This document shows positions 1-11,636 of a stretch of DNA of 32,567 nt, in pieces. Source of the stretch: Heterodontus francisci. Its lineage: Eukaryota. The stretch covers positions 1-32,567 of the forward strand of contig NW_027141915.1 of NCBI RefSeq assembly GCF_036365525.1. The letters are read 5' to 3'. The notes below the pieces were generated by a model that saw nothing but the letters and a program-made list of their open reading frames with translations, ran no database searches and had not been told where the DNA came from. Made by a program: the position numbers and the translations under genes. Each line of letters opens with the position of its first letter. The stretch's first letter is position 1.

Positions 1-147
1 GATGGACAATATTCAATATTCAGCACTTGTTAAAAATCTAAAATGGAATATTGATAATCCATAAATATAATATATAGTTCATTTCATGGATAGTCTATAT
101 AATAGGCATGAGGTAAAAGGGTTTCTGCAGTGGTCTGTAACACTGTG

Positions 148-204
148 TGAATAATGTCAATAAGCTAACATTTGGATCTGGGACCAAACTAATTGTGGAA
201 CCTA
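148..204 (+). CDS. TRAJ: TCR alpha J segment A1 (NNVNKLTFGSGTKLIVEP)
   Basis: Nonamer GGTTTCTGC 120-128, 12-bp spacer, heptamer CACTGTG 141-147, FGSG, donor GTAAGT at 205. Confidence 0.95.
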
Positions 205-326
205 GTAAGTGAAATTTAATGCTGTCGTTTTTTAATGATATTATTTGTAAAGCATTGTTTTGTTAATAAGTATTGTTAGTTGCTTACAATTTAAGATAAA
301 TAATAGCTATCAAGAAATATTAAGTA

Positions 327-752
327 GGCTGGAGACCATTTTCTTAGAAAACATACGGCTCAGGAGTTATCTATTAAAGGGCTTTAAAATTAAGAAGGGG
401 TTTGATAGGAGAGGCAAAGAGAAGATTTTTCCACTTGTTGGCATACTAAAGCTAGGGGTCATCAATATAAGATAATCACTAATAAATCCAGTATAGAATT
501 CAGGAGAAACCCCTTTACCCAGAGACTGGTGAGAATGTGGAACTTGCTGCCACAGGGAATAGTTGATCTGAATAGCACAGATGCATTTAAGGGGAAGCTA
601 GATAAATACATGATGGAGAAAAGAACAGATAGATATACAGAGAGGGTGAGATGGAATGGAATGAGATGAGATGCATGTCAGATTGAACACAGGCATAGAT
701 GAGTTGGCCCGAATGGCCTGTTTATGTACTGCACATTCGATGCAATTCTATG
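327..752 (+). mobile_element. Degenerate CR1-clade LINE 3' fragment (present in each cassette copy: ~4266-4684, ~8046-8455, ~11762-12188, ~14190-14580)
   Basis: Residual ORF2 C-terminal motifs (copy at 8121: RDHQYKI...FITQRVVRMWNLL...LKGKLDK) and a CR1-type 3' tail (ggccgaatggcctg...ttctatg). Boundaries approximate. Confidence 0.75.
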
Positions 753-920
753 GAAAATGTGATTGGTATGGGAAATATTAACATCTGTGAGTCATATTTT
801 AAAGGCAGAGGTAAATATTCTGAAACATAACTCAAAGTACAGACGGTTCTTTAATAAACAACAGGTGATGAAATGCCTGGGAATGGCTGACTGGGAAAGG
901 TTTTAGTATATCAGGCAGAT

Positions 921-971
921 TGAACCTGGCCAAATAAGCTGATCTTTGGATCAGGCTCCAGGTTATACCCA
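921..971 (+). pseudogene. TRAJ: TRAJ pseudogene B1
   Basis: Nonamer GGTTTTAGT 899-907 but only a 6-bp spacer and heptamer GGCAGAT. A +1 insertion gives an in-frame TAA, and 7 nt are deleted after FGS relative to B4. Donor GTAAGT at 972. Confidence 0.85.
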
Positions 972-1219
972 GTAAGTGAGATGTTTAGGGATTTCAGTTC
1001 TATATGTTGGAACAGTAAAGAAAAGCATGTCATCAAATTAATTGAAGAATGGATCAAATTAAGTTTCACATAACTTGGTCCACACTGAGGTGAATACCTA
1101 ATTTGGAAATGATCTACTTCCAACACCGTGAGGGGATGTTCTTAATGTGAATTAGGAATGTGTCAGAGAGATGAATCATTGTTAAGGAAAGGATTTTTGT
1201 TGAGGACTGTAATGGTGTG

Positions 1220-1279
1220 TGAGTGCTGACTCCTTCAAGGTGATATTTGGAGCTGGGACTGAGCTCAAAGTTCAACCCA
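1220..1279 (+). CDS. TRAJ: TCR alpha J segment C1 (SADSFKVIFGAGTELKVQP)
   Basis: Nonamer GATTTTTGT 1192-1200, 12-bp spacer, heptamer TGGTGTG 1213-1219, FGAG, donor GTAAGT at 1280. Confidence 0.9.
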
Positions 1280-2540
1280 GTAAGTGATTTTACATCTCCA
1301 TGTTCTTCCTTTTCTCTCCAATAGACTATCTGCTCCATAAATCACATTAAATCACTTCTTTAGTCTTAACACCTAGAATTATTCAACTTCAAAATAAAAT
1401 GATATTTATCACAATTGATGCTGACATTTGTGAAACATCTAACACGAATTTGAACTCATCTGTGACTCTCCAAACAATATAGGATGTTCGTTGTTACTGA
1501 GATAAAGACTGTAATGCTTTACACGGTTCTGCATGATAAGTCTGCTGATGAGCTTAATTGCATTACAACCATTTGCATTGCTCTTAATTTTCCATTAAGT
1601 GCTTTGTGTGGCCCTCGCAAAACCTGCATAAAATGTACATGGAGTTGGAATTGGTATCTATTTCTGCTGTCTTGTGCTGTGTAGTGATACTGAGCAGTTT
1701 TAATTAACTAATAATCATGGACTTATAGCAATGACGTGTGTCTAATTTTCATTTAAAAAGTTGCCAACAATATTTTACCTAGTGTTATAATGATAAGGAC
1801 GATATTGTAAGGCGATTATAAGGAAAGTGACCTCATCAAATAGACTTAAATATATTGCATTAGTTCAGCGAGTGAGTTGCATTTCCACTTTATTTCGAAT
1901 TAGATTTGATCAGATACTACTCATAGTTATTGGTTCAAACATGTAATGAATAATTGTAATTGTTTATTTATTTGCTGTTGTTATCAAATTCCAAATGATA
2001 TTTATAATTCTACTTCAGTTATATTAAAGATACCAATGCTGGATATTAGCTGGAACATAATTACTACCCATTGAGGTTAACTACAGGATAATAAAGAAAT
2101 ACGATGTCAATAGAACGGCCTAAGGTTTCATTAATGAAAGAACTGACTGAAATTGGGAAGGAAAAGTGTCAGAAAACATAACTGGGTTCAATTGTTAACA
2201 CCCCATCCTGTTTGTTAGGAAATTGTGAGACTTATGAAATATATAATCCAGGATGATAATTGAGGAAAGCAGCGAGAGAGTTCAGAATTACTGGGGAAGC
2301 ATTCAGAGGGACTGATATATAAATCAAAGCATTAGCTTTTTACTGGAAAGCTAGTTATGTTTGACTGATAAACAGAATAATTAACAATAGATGCCTAATT
2401 AATGCTAATGGACATGTAAATTGGTTTTACAAATAGTATTACAATTTGGCACTCAACGCTTTGAAGTATTCAAAGAAAGTTGCCCGAATGACCAAAAAAA
2501 ATGACTACAGGGAGTTTTTGCTAAAGGATGTAGGGCTGTG

Positions 2541-2603
2541 TGAACACTGGATTTGGCAATAATTTAATCTTTGGAAAAGGGACCAAGTTAACTGTGGAGC
2601 CAA
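2541..2603 (+). CDS. TRAJ: TCR alpha J segment D1 (NTGFGNNLIFGKGTKLTVEP)
   Basis: Nonamer AGTTTTTGC 2513-2521, 12-bp spacer, heptamer GGCTGTG 2534-2540, FGKG, donor GTAGGT at 2604. Confidence 0.93.
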
Positions 2604-2734
2604 GTAGGTATTCATTAAGAACTATAGACTATCTATCTGCCTACACACGTGTATGTTCTCTGTCCCACCTACAATGATCCAAGTATTTTTTTCTATATTT
2701 CAACATTTCTGAATATGGTAACTTTTCATTTTGG

Positions 2735-2940
2735 AGTATGGACCTTGATGGATAGTTGAGGCAAGTAGTGTGTATGGATTTAAGTGGAAGCTGGATAATT
2801 ACAGCAGGGAGAAAGGAATAGACGAATATCCTGACAGGATTAGATACAGAGGGTGGGAGGACACTGATGTGGAGCAGAAACGTTCGAATAGACCAATTGG
2901 ACAAAACAGCCTGTTTCTCTGGTGTAAATTCTTTGTAATG
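2735..2940 (+). mobile_element. Short CR1-like 3' fragment downstream of J-D (also ~6668-6878, ~10428-10625, ~12830-13030)
   Basis: tttaagXggaagctggataa (FKGKLD) and a tail like the other CR1 fragments; same position in four cassette copies. Boundaries approximate. Confidence 0.6.
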
Positions 2941-3269
2941 TAATATTATTATAATCTTTAAATTAATTCAATAATATTAAGCAAATATAATTGCCAAGGG
3001 GGCTTTTCTAGATATGCACTGATGCCTCTATATATTTACGTATTGATGTGCTTCTTTGTGCATTACAAGAAGCATTTTGATTATTCCTGTATGTACATAG
3101 AGATTGAAAGAGAGATAGAGGGAACAATAAGATAGATAGCTGATAGATGAAAATATATATGTAAAGTGAACAAACAAAATAGGTGTCTGTTACTTTAAAT
3201 TGTAGCAGTAAGATAGACAAAGAATAACAATTAACTTTGAAGGTTTTTGTTAGGCAGTGTAGGACTGTG

Positions 3270-3329
3270 TGAACCTTGGGAGCAACAAGCTTATTTTTGG
3301 AAGTGGGACTAGACTAATCGTGGAACCCA
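3270..3329 (+). CDS. TRAJ: TCR alpha J segment E1 (NLGSNKLIFGSGTRLIVEP)
   Basis: Consensus nonamer GGTTTTTGT 3242-3250, 12-bp spacer, heptamer GACTGTG 3263-3269, donor GTAAGT at 3330. Confidence 0.95.
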
Positions 3330-3536
3330 GTAAGTGCTGTATTATAAAATAATAATGTCACAAATCTGATCGAAAGAAATTAAAGAATTACATGAATAAT
3401 CCAGAAAATAGAACAATTAGATTGCTCACTTAATTCAGGTCATTGAAATGACAATGGGGGGAAATCAGTGGTAATAGTAGTGGTACATGGGGAACCGGCA
3501 CTATCCTGAGTTCTTGTAAAGGGATTAGTTACTGTG

Positions 3537-3599
3537 TGGATTCTACAGGATATGGTGCAATGGTATTTGGAGGAGGCACCAAACTCATTGTTAATCCTG
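3537..3599 (+). CDS. TRAJ: TCR alpha J segment F1 (DSTGYGAMVFGGGTKLIVNP)
   Basis: Nonamer AGTTCTTGT 3509-3517, 12-bp spacer, heptamer TACTGTG 3530-3536, donor GTAAGA at 3600. Confidence 0.93.
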
Positions 3600-3942
3600 G
3601 TAAGAACTCAATTATAGTTCCTCAAATTGACCATGCAACTTAGTTTACAAACAGGTTACGAATTGTGGGTGAAATAATGTACAGATTGTCAATGGACATC
3701 AAGCAGATCCAGACAAAGTTAAACTCTAGTTGAACATTCTGTAATAGTTAGTATAAATATGTGTCACTGATTGAAATTACATTGATTTGAATGAGACGGG
3801 AAATATGCAATATTCAGCACATGTTAAAAATCTAAATTGGAATATTGATGACCTATAAATAGAATATGCAGTTCATTTTGTGGATAAACTATATAATAGG
3901 TATCAGGTAAAAGGGTTTCTGCACTGGCTTGTTAATGCTGTG

Positions 3943-3999
3943 TGAATAATGTCGGTAAGCTAACATTTGGATCTGGGACCAAACTAATTGTGGAACCTA
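3943..3999 (+). CDS. TRAJ: TCR alpha J segment A2 (NNVGKLTFGSGTKLIVEP), 13-bp RSS spacer
   Basis: Nonamer GGTTTCTGC 3914-3922, 13-bp spacer, heptamer TGCTGTG 3936-3942, donor GTAAGT at 4000. Confidence 0.88.
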
Positions 4000-4121
4000 G
4001 TAAGTGATGTTTAAACCCGTACTTTTTATGATATTAGTGAAAACATTGTTTTATTAATAAGCATTGTTAGTTATTCGCAATTAAAGTTAAATAATAACTA
4101 TCAAGAAATATTAAGTAAGCT

Positions 4122-4147
4122 GGGGACCAAACTAATTGTGGAACCTA
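4122..4147 (+). pseudogene. Orphan 3' half of J-A2 (GTKLIVEP plus splice donor) from a local ~150-bp tandem duplication; no RSS
   Basis: gggaccaaactaattgtggaaccta|gtaagtga is identical to 3975-4007, and the following ~130 bp is also repeated. Confidence 0.85.
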
Positions 4148-4842
4148 GTAAGTGAAGCTTAATCCTGTATTTTTTATGATATTATTAGTGAAAACATTGT
4201 TCTGGTCATAAGTATTGTTAATTATTCACAACTGAAGTTAAATAATAACTATCAAGAAATACTAAGCTGGCTGGGGACCATTTCCCTAGAAAACAAACGG
4301 CTGAGGGGTTAACTATTAGAGCTCTTTAACATGAAGTAGGGGTTTGGATAGGAGAGACAAAGGGAAGATTTTTCCACTTGTTGGCATCATCAATGTACGA
4401 TAATCACTAATAAATCCAAAATAGAATTCCGGAGACACTTTTTTTTTTACCCAGAGACTGGTGAGAATATGGAACTTGCTACCACAGGGCGTAGTTGATT
4501 TTAAAAGCATAGGGGCTTTAAAGGGAAGATAGGTAAATAGACGATGGAGAAAGGAACAAATGGATACGCAGAGAGGATGAGATGATACAGGATGAGAGGA
4601 GGCTCATGTGTAACATGAGTACAAGCATAGATGAGTTGGGCCAAATGGCCTGTTTCTGTGCTGCAATTTCAATGCAATTCTATGTAAAACTTAATTGGTA
4701 TTGGAGATATTAACAATTTCTGAGTCATGAATTTAAAGGCTTAGGTAAATGTCCCAAAACATAACTCAAAATACAGACTTTTTTTTAAAATAAACAACAG
4801 GTGATGTAATGTCTGAGAAAGGTTTTAGTATATCAGGCAGAT

Positions 4843-4893
4843 TGAACCTGGCTAAATAAGCTGATTTTTGGATCAGGCTACAGGTTATACCCA
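4843..4893 (+). pseudogene. TRAJ: TRAJ pseudogene B2
   Basis: Same lesions as B1: nonamer 4821-4829, 6-bp spacer, GGCAGAT heptamer, in-frame stop, 7-nt deletion. Donor GTGAGT at 4894. Confidence 0.85.
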
Positions 4894-5142
4894 GTGAGTG
4901 AGATGTTCAGGGATTTCAGTTCTGTATGTTAGAACAGTAAAGAAAAGCATGTCATCAAATTAATTAAAATATGGATCAAATTAAGTTTCACGTAACTTGG
5001 TCCACACTGATCTGAATACCTAATTTGGAAATGATTCTACTTCAAGCACGGTGAGGGGATGTTCTTAATGTGAATTAGGAATGTGTCAGGAAGATGAATC
5101 ATTATTAAGGAAAGGATTTTTGTTGAGGGGTGTAATGATGAG

Positions 5143-5202
5143 TGACTGCTAACTCCTTCAAGGTGATATTTGGAGCTGGGACTAAGCTCAAAGTGCAACC
5201 CA
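5143..5202 (+). pseudogene. TRAJ: TRAJ C2 (TANSFKVIFGAGTKLKVQP): open frame, RSS heptamer defective
   Basis: Nonamer GATTTTTGT 5115-5123, 12-bp spacer, heptamer TGATGAG 5136-5142 (essential GTG changed to GAG), donor GTAAGT at 5203. Confidence 0.8.
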
Positions 5203-6466
5203 GTAAGTTATTTTCATCTCCAAGTTCTTTTTTTTCTTTCTTTAGTCTTCACCACCTACAATTATTCAACTTCATATTATTGGATGTTTAGCACATTGGA
5301 GTTGACATTCTTGAAACATCCAACACCAATTTGGACCCATCTGTGACTCTCCAAAGAATATAGGGTGTTAGTCAGTACTGAGATAAAGACTTTCAGACAG
5401 TACGCGTTTCTGCATGATACATTGCTGATGGGCTTAATTGCATTACAACCATTGTCATTGTTCTTAATTTTCCATTAAATGCTCTTTTATGGCCCTTGAA
5501 AATTCTGTATAAAACGTACATGGAATTGGAATTAATACATACTTCTGCTTTCTTCTACTGTGTAGAGATAGTGAACAATTTTAATTAAATGGTGATCTTA
5601 GACTTTTAGCAAAGGTGTGTGCCTAGTTTTCATTAAAAAGTTGTCAACAATATTTTACCTAGTGTTATAATGACCAGGAAAACATTATAAGGTGATTGAT
5701 CTATCTGAAAATGACTTCATCAAATGGTCTCAGCGTTACTGCTTTAGTTCAGAGAGCGAATTGCATGTCCATCTTATTTCGGATTAGGTTTAATCAGTTA
5801 TCACTCTTAGTTATTGGATAACAAATGTGTCAATGCATAATTGTTTATTGACATTTAGGTGCATGTTTTTTTTTCAAATTCCAAATGTTATCTATAACTC
5901 TACCTCAATTATATTAATGACACAAATGCTGGTAATAATCTGGTACATAATTACCAGCCATTGAGGTTAACTATAGGATAATCAAGAAATACGATTCCAA
6001 TAGAACAACCTAAGGTTTCATTAATGAAAGAACTGACTGAAATTGGGAGATTAAAGTGTCATAAATCGTAACCTGGTTCAGTTATTAACAGCCCATTCTG
6101 TTTGTTAGGAAGTTCTGAGATGTATTCACATACTGTGCATTAAGTATATAATCCAGGATGATAATTCAGGAAAGCATTGAGAAAGTGTAGCGCTTTCAGA
6201 ATTACTGGGGAACATTCAGAGGGATTGATATATAAATCGAAGCCTTAGCTTTTTTCTGGAAAGTTAGTTATGCTTGATTGATGAACAGAATGATTGAAAA
6301 TAGATATGCCTAATTAATGTCAATGGACACGTGAAAATGATTTGCACAGATAGTGTCACTATTATGGCATTGGATGATGCCAAGCATTCAAATATAGTTG
6401 CCAGAATGAGCAAAAACGAGTACAGTAAATCTGAAGGGAGTTTTTGCTAAAGGATGCAATGCTGTG

Positions 6467-6529
6467 TGAACACTGGAGCTGGCTCTAAGCTCATCTTTGG
6501 AAAAGGGACAAAGTTAACTGTGGAGCCAA
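6467..6529 (+). CDS. TRAJ: TCR alpha J segment D2 (NTGAGSKLIFGKGTKLTVEP)
   Basis: Nonamer AGTTTTTGC 6439-6447, 12-bp spacer, heptamer TGCTGTG 6460-6466, donor GTAGGT at 6530. Confidence 0.93.
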
Positions 6530-7202
6530 GTAGGTATTCATTAATAACTATAGACCATCTATAGACTTGCATACGTGTGTGTGTTCTCTGTACTGCCAGC
6601 AATCAATCCAATATATCTTCTCTATATCTTCAACATTTCTGAATATTGTAACATTTCATTTTGGAGTCTGTAACTTGCTACGAAATGGAGCTTTTAGGCA
6701 AGTAGCATGTGTGGATTTAAGGGGAAGCTGGATAATTACTACAGCGAGAAAGGAATTGAAGAATATCTTGATAGGATTAAATAAAGTGGGCGGGAGGAAG
6801 CTCCTATGGAGCAGAAATGTTAGAATAGGCCAATTGGACGGAGCAGTCTGTTAATGTGGTGTAAATTCTTTGTCATGTAATATTATTATAATGTTTAAAT
6901 AAATTCAATAATACTAAACAAATATAATTGCTAAGGGGTGGCTTTTGTTGATGTGCACTGTTGCCTCCATATATTTATGTGTCGATGTGCTTGTCATGCA
7001 GTACAAAGCTTTTCATTATTCCTACATGTAAATAGAGAGTGAGAGATAGACAGAACAATAAAATAGATAGCTGATGCATAGGTGGAAAAATGTATATAAA
7101 GTGAACAAGCAAAATAATGCTGTTACCTTGAATTTCAACAATATGATAGACAATTAATAACAAGTAAATCAGAAGGTTTTTGTTAGGCAGTGTAGGGCTG
7201 TG

Positions 7203-7262
7203 TGAATACTGCAGACAGAAAGCTTATTTTTGGAAGTGGGACCAGACTAATCGTGGAACCCA
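7203..7262 (+). CDS. TRAJ: TCR alpha J segment E2 (NTADRKLIFGSGTRLIVEP)
   Basis: Nonamer GGTTTTTGT 7175-7183, 12-bp spacer, heptamer GGCTGTG 7196-7202, donor GTAAGT at 7263. Confidence 0.95.
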
Positions 7263-7476
7263 GTAAGTGTTAGGAAAGGAAATTGTCATAAATCAGATTG
7301 AAAGAAACTAAGGAATTGTCATGAATAATCTAGAAAGTAAAACAATTAGATTGCTTAGTTATTTCAAGTCAATGAAACGCCAGTGAGAATATATCAGTAG
7401 TGATTGCAGCGGTACATAGGGAACCAGCACATGTCATAGGGAATCCTAAGTTCTTGTCAAGGGATCAGTTACTGTG

Positions 7477-7539
7477 TGGATCCTGCAGGATATGGTAATA
7501 TGGTATTTGGAGGAGGCACCAAACTCATTGTTAATCCTG
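7477..7539 (+). CDS. TRAJ: TCR alpha J segment F2 (DPAGYGNMVFGGGTKLIVNP)
   Basis: Nonamer AGTTCTTGT 7449-7457, 12-bp spacer, heptamer TACTGTG 7470-7476, donor GTAAGA at 7540. Confidence 0.93.
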
Positions 7540-7864
7540 GTAAGAACTCAAAATTACCATGCACATTATTTTATGAACAAATTACAAATGGTGGTCAAAA
7601 TAATGTGCAGATTGTCAATGGACACCAAGCAGATCCAGACAAAATTAAACTCTAGTTGAACATTGTGTAATAGTTAGTATAAATGTGATTCACTGATTGA
7701 AATTACATTGATTTGAATGAAATGGGGAATATGCAATATTCAGCATTTGTTAAAAATCTAAATTACAATATTGATCCATAAATATCATATACAGTTCATT
7801 TCGTGGATAGTCTATATAATAGGCAACAGGTAAAGGGGTTTCTGCACTGGTCTGTCATGCTGTG

Positions 7865-7921
7865 TGAATAATATCAACAAGCTAACATTTGGATCTGGGA
7901 CCAAACTAACTGTGGAACCTA
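7865..7921 (+). CDS. TRAJ: TCR alpha J segment A3 (NNINKLTFGSGTKLTVEP)
   Basis: Nonamer GGTTTCTGC 7837-7845, 12-bp spacer, heptamer TGCTGTG 7858-7864, donor GTAAGT at 7922. Confidence 0.93.
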
Positions 7922-8624
7922 GTAAGTGAAGTTTAATTCTGTATTTTTTATTATGATATTATTAGTGGAAAAATTGCTTTGTTAATGAGTATCATCGGTT
8001 GTTTGCAATTAAAGTTAAATAATAACTATCAAGAAATACTAAACAGGCTGGGGACCATTTCCCTAGAAAATACATGGCTAAGGGGTCAACTATTACAGGT
8101 CTTTAACATTAAGAAGGGGTTTGAATAGGAAAGACTTTTCCACTTGTCGGCAGACTAAAACTAGGGATCATCAATATAAGATCATAACTAATAAATCCAA
8201 TGTAGAATTCCAGAGAAACTTTATTACCCAGAGAGTTGTGAGAATGTGGAATTTGCTGTCACATGGAGTAGTTGATGTAAATAGCATAGATGCTCTTAAG
8301 GGGAAGCTAGATAAATAGATGGAGAATGGAACAGATGAATGTGCAGAGAGGGTGAGATGAAGTAGAATGAGATGAGGCTCATGTGGAATACGAACACGGG
8401 CACAGATGCGTTGGGCCAAACGGCCTCTTTCTGTGCTGAACATTCAATGCGATTTTAGTTGGTGTGGGCGATGTTAACAGTTTCTGAGTCATAAATTTAA
8501 AGGCTTGGATAAACATTCCAAAACACAACGCAAAATGTGTATTGTTCTTTAATAAACAACAGGTGATGTAATGTCTGGGAATGGCAGGCTGGGAAAGGGT
8601 TTTGTGTTAGCCTATCAGGCAGTC

Positions 8625-8681
8625 TAAACCATGCTAATAAACTGATTTTTGGATTAGGGACCAGGCTCCACTTTATACCCA
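8625..8681 (+). pseudogene. TRAJ: TRAJ B3 (NHANKLIFGLGTRLHFIP): open frame, defective heptamer
   Basis: Nonamer GGGTTTTGT 8597-8605, 12-bp spacer, heptamer GGCAGTC 8618-8624 (no GTG), donor GTGAGA at 8682. Confidence 0.8.
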
Positions 8682-8918
8682 GTGAGATATTAAAGGATTT
8701 CAGTTCTATGTATTAGAACAGAAAAGCATGTCATCAAATTCTTTGAAATATTGATCCAATTAACTTTTACATAATTTGGCCCTCCCCGCTGTGATATGAA
8801 ATTTTGGAAATGGCCTACTTCAAGCACGGTGAGGGGATTCTTAATGTGAATTAGGAATGTGTCAGGGTGATGAATCATTGTTAAGGAAAGGATTTTTGTT
8901 GAGGGGTGTAATGGTGTG

Positions 8919-8978
8919 TGAGTGCTGACTCCTTCAAGGTGATATTTGGAGCTGGGACTGAGCTCCAAGTTCACCCCA
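8919..8978 (+). CDS. TRAJ: TCR alpha J segment C3 (SADSFKVIFGAGTELQVHP)
   Basis: Nonamer GATTTTTGT 8891-8899, 12-bp spacer, heptamer TGGTGTG 8912-8918, donor GTAAGT at 8979. Confidence 0.9.
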
Positions 8979-10235
8979 GTAAGTTGTTTTATATCTCCCT
9001 GTTCCTTTTTTTCCCAATAGTAGACTATCTGTCAAATAAATCACATTAAATCTCCTTTAGTCTTATAATTATTCAACTTCAAAATAAACTGATATATATC
9101 ACAATTGAGCTTGACATTCTTGAAACATCCAACAATAATTTGGACCCATCTGTGACTCTCCAAAGAATACAGGGTGTTAGTACTGGGATAAAACTTTTCA
9201 GACTTTACACAATTCTGGACGATAAGTATTTAATTGTACATAATTGCATTATAAACATTTTCATCCCTCTTAATGTTCCATCAAAAGCTTTTCTGTGCTC
9301 CTCGCAAAATCTGCATTAGTTGAACATTGAGTTGGAACTAATATGTACTTCTGCTGTCTTGTGCTGTGCAGTAATAGCGAGCCATTTTAACTAAATGTGA
9401 TCATAGACTTTTCGCAATGGCATGTGCGTAATTTTCATTTAAAAGTTTTCAACAATAGTGTAATAATATTCAGGAAGACATTATAAAGCCCCTCAGAAAG
9501 TAACCTCATCAAATGGTCTCAACATTATTGCGCTAGATCAGAGATTGAGTTGCATATCCATCTTATTTTAGAATAGGTTTGATCAGATATTACTCTCATT
9601 TATTTGTTTAAAAAGTATGTCAATGCATAACAGTTTATTGTTAGCATTACTTAGTTGCATGATGTTCCTTTTATCACATTCCAAATGTTATCCAAAATTC
9701 TACCTCAGTTATATTAAGGAGACTGATGCTGGTAATAATCTGGAACATAATTACCATAATAAGGATAACTACAGGATAATAAAGAAACACAATTCCAATA
9801 GAACAACCTAAGGTCTCATTAATGAAAGAACTGACTGAAATTGGGAGAGAAAAGTGTCAGGAATCATAACTGGGTTCAACAGACCATCCTGTTTGTCAGG
9901 AAATTATGAAGTGTACCCACACACTACATATGAAATATACAATCCAAGATGATAATTCAGGAAAGCACTGAGAGAGTGTGGCACTTTCTGAAATACTGGG
10001 GAAGCATTCGGAGGGTCAGATATATAAATTGAAGCCTTAGCTTTGTACTGGAAAATTTAGTAATGCTTCAGTGAAAATCATAATAATTAAAATAGGTGTG
10101 CCTAATTAATGTCAATAGACATGTAAAAACGATTTGTACAGATAGTGTCATGAATATGGCATTGTCAGAATGAGCAAAATAAAAACGACTGCAGTAAATC
10201 TGAAGACAGTTTTTGCTAAAGGATGCAATGCTGTG

Positions 10236-10292
10236 TGAATGCTGGAGTTGGCTATATCTTTGGAAAAGGGACAACGTTAATTGTGGAGCCAA
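10236..10292 (+). CDS. TRAJ: TCR alpha J segment D3 (NAGVGYIFGKGTTLIVEP), 6 nt shorter than its paralogs but in frame
   Basis: Nonamer AGTTTTTGC 10208-10216, 12-bp spacer, heptamer TGCTGTG 10229-10235, donor GTAAGT at 10293. Confidence 0.9.
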
Positions 10293-10906
10293 GTAAGTAT
10301 TCATTAATAACTATAGACTATCTATTGACTTACGCACATGTGTATGTTCTCTGTACTGCCAACAATTAATCAAATAATTTTGCTGTCTGTTCAATGTTCC
10401 TGCATATTGTAAGAGTTTGTTTTGGAGTCTGTAACTTGCGACCACATGAAGCTCCAAAAGTGAGAAGCATGTATGGATTTAAGTGGAAGCTGGATAAGTA
10501 CAGCAAGGTGAAAGGGATAGAACAATACCCTGATAAGATTGGATAAAGAGGGTGGGAGGAAGCTGATGTGGAGCAGAAATGTTGGAATAGGCCAGTTGGA
10601 TAGAATCGCCTGTTTCTTTGTAATGTATTATTATAATAAAATCAGTTCATGGATATTGAGCAAATATAATTGCCAAGGGCTGTCTGTTGTTGATATGCAC
10701 TGATGCCTCTATATATTTATGCATCTATGTGCCTGTCTATGAAACATCAATTTACTATTCCTATATGTTGGTAGAGAAATAGATGAAAACATATATTTAA
10801 AGTGAACAGGTAAAATTTGTGCCTCTCTACTTTAAATTACAAGATTAAGATAGATGTAGAATAATAATTACCTCAGAAGGTTTTTGTTAGGCAGTGTAGG
10901 GCTGTG

Positions 10907-10966
10907 TGAATGTTGGGAGCTACAAGCTTATTTTTGGAAGTGGGACCAGACTAATCGTGGAACCCA
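10907..10966 (+). CDS. TRAJ: TCR alpha J segment E3 (NVGSYKLIFGSGTRLIVEP)
   Basis: Nonamer GGTTTTTGT 10879-10887, 12-bp spacer, heptamer GGCTGTG 10900-10906, donor GTAAGT at 10967. Confidence 0.95.
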
Positions 10967-11174
10967 GTAAGTGTTGTCTTAAGGGAGAACAATGTCACAA
11001 ATCTGATTTAAAGAAATTAAAGAATTGTCATGAATAATCTAGAAAATAGAACAATTAGTTTGCTTACTGAATTCAAGTCATTGAAACGCCAATGAGATTA
11101 ATTCAGTAGTGACTACAGTGGTACATAGGGAACAATTACTATCCTGAGTTCTTGTCAAGGGATCAGTTACTGTG

Positions 11175-11237
11175 TGGAATCTGCAGGCTATGCTAAAATG
11201 GTATTTGGAGGAGGCACCAGACTCAATGTTAAGCCTG
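11175..11237 (+). CDS. TRAJ: TCR alpha J segment F3 (ESAGYAKMVFGGGTRLNVKP)
   Basis: Nonamer AGTTCTTGT 11147-11155, 12-bp spacer, heptamer TACTGTG 11168-11174, donor GTAAGA at 11238. Confidence 0.93.
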
Positions 11238-11579
11238 GTAAGAACTCAATAATCATTCTTCAAAATGACCATGCAGATTAGTTTACAAACAAATAATGAA
11301 TTCTGGTCAAAATAATGTACAGATAGTCAATGGACACCAAGCAGAGGTAGATCAAATTAATCTCTAGTTTTACATTGAGTAATAGTTAGTATTAAAGTGT
11401 AAGGCTGATTGAAATTGCATTGATTTGAATGAGATGGGAAATATGCAATATTCGTCACTTGTTAACAATCTAAATTGGAATATTGACAATCCAAAAATAT
11501 AATATACAGTTCATTTCACAGATACTCTATATAATAGGTATCAGATAAATGGGTTTCTGCACTGGTATGTAATGCTGTG

Positions 11580-11636
11580 TGAATAATGCCAATAAGCTAA
11601 CATTTGGATCTGGGGCCAAATTAATTGTGGAACCTA
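11580..11636 (+). CDS. TRAJ: TCR alpha J segment A4 (NNANKLTFGSGAKLIVEP)
   Basis: Nonamer GGTTTCTGC 11552-11560, 12-bp spacer, heptamer TGCTGTG 11573-11579, donor GTAAGT at 11637. Confidence 0.92.

Noticed and set aside
1545-1575. CTGATGA as another hammerhead core (also at ~23458)
   Set aside because: No GAAA with paired stems, and it is not conserved in paralogous cassettes.
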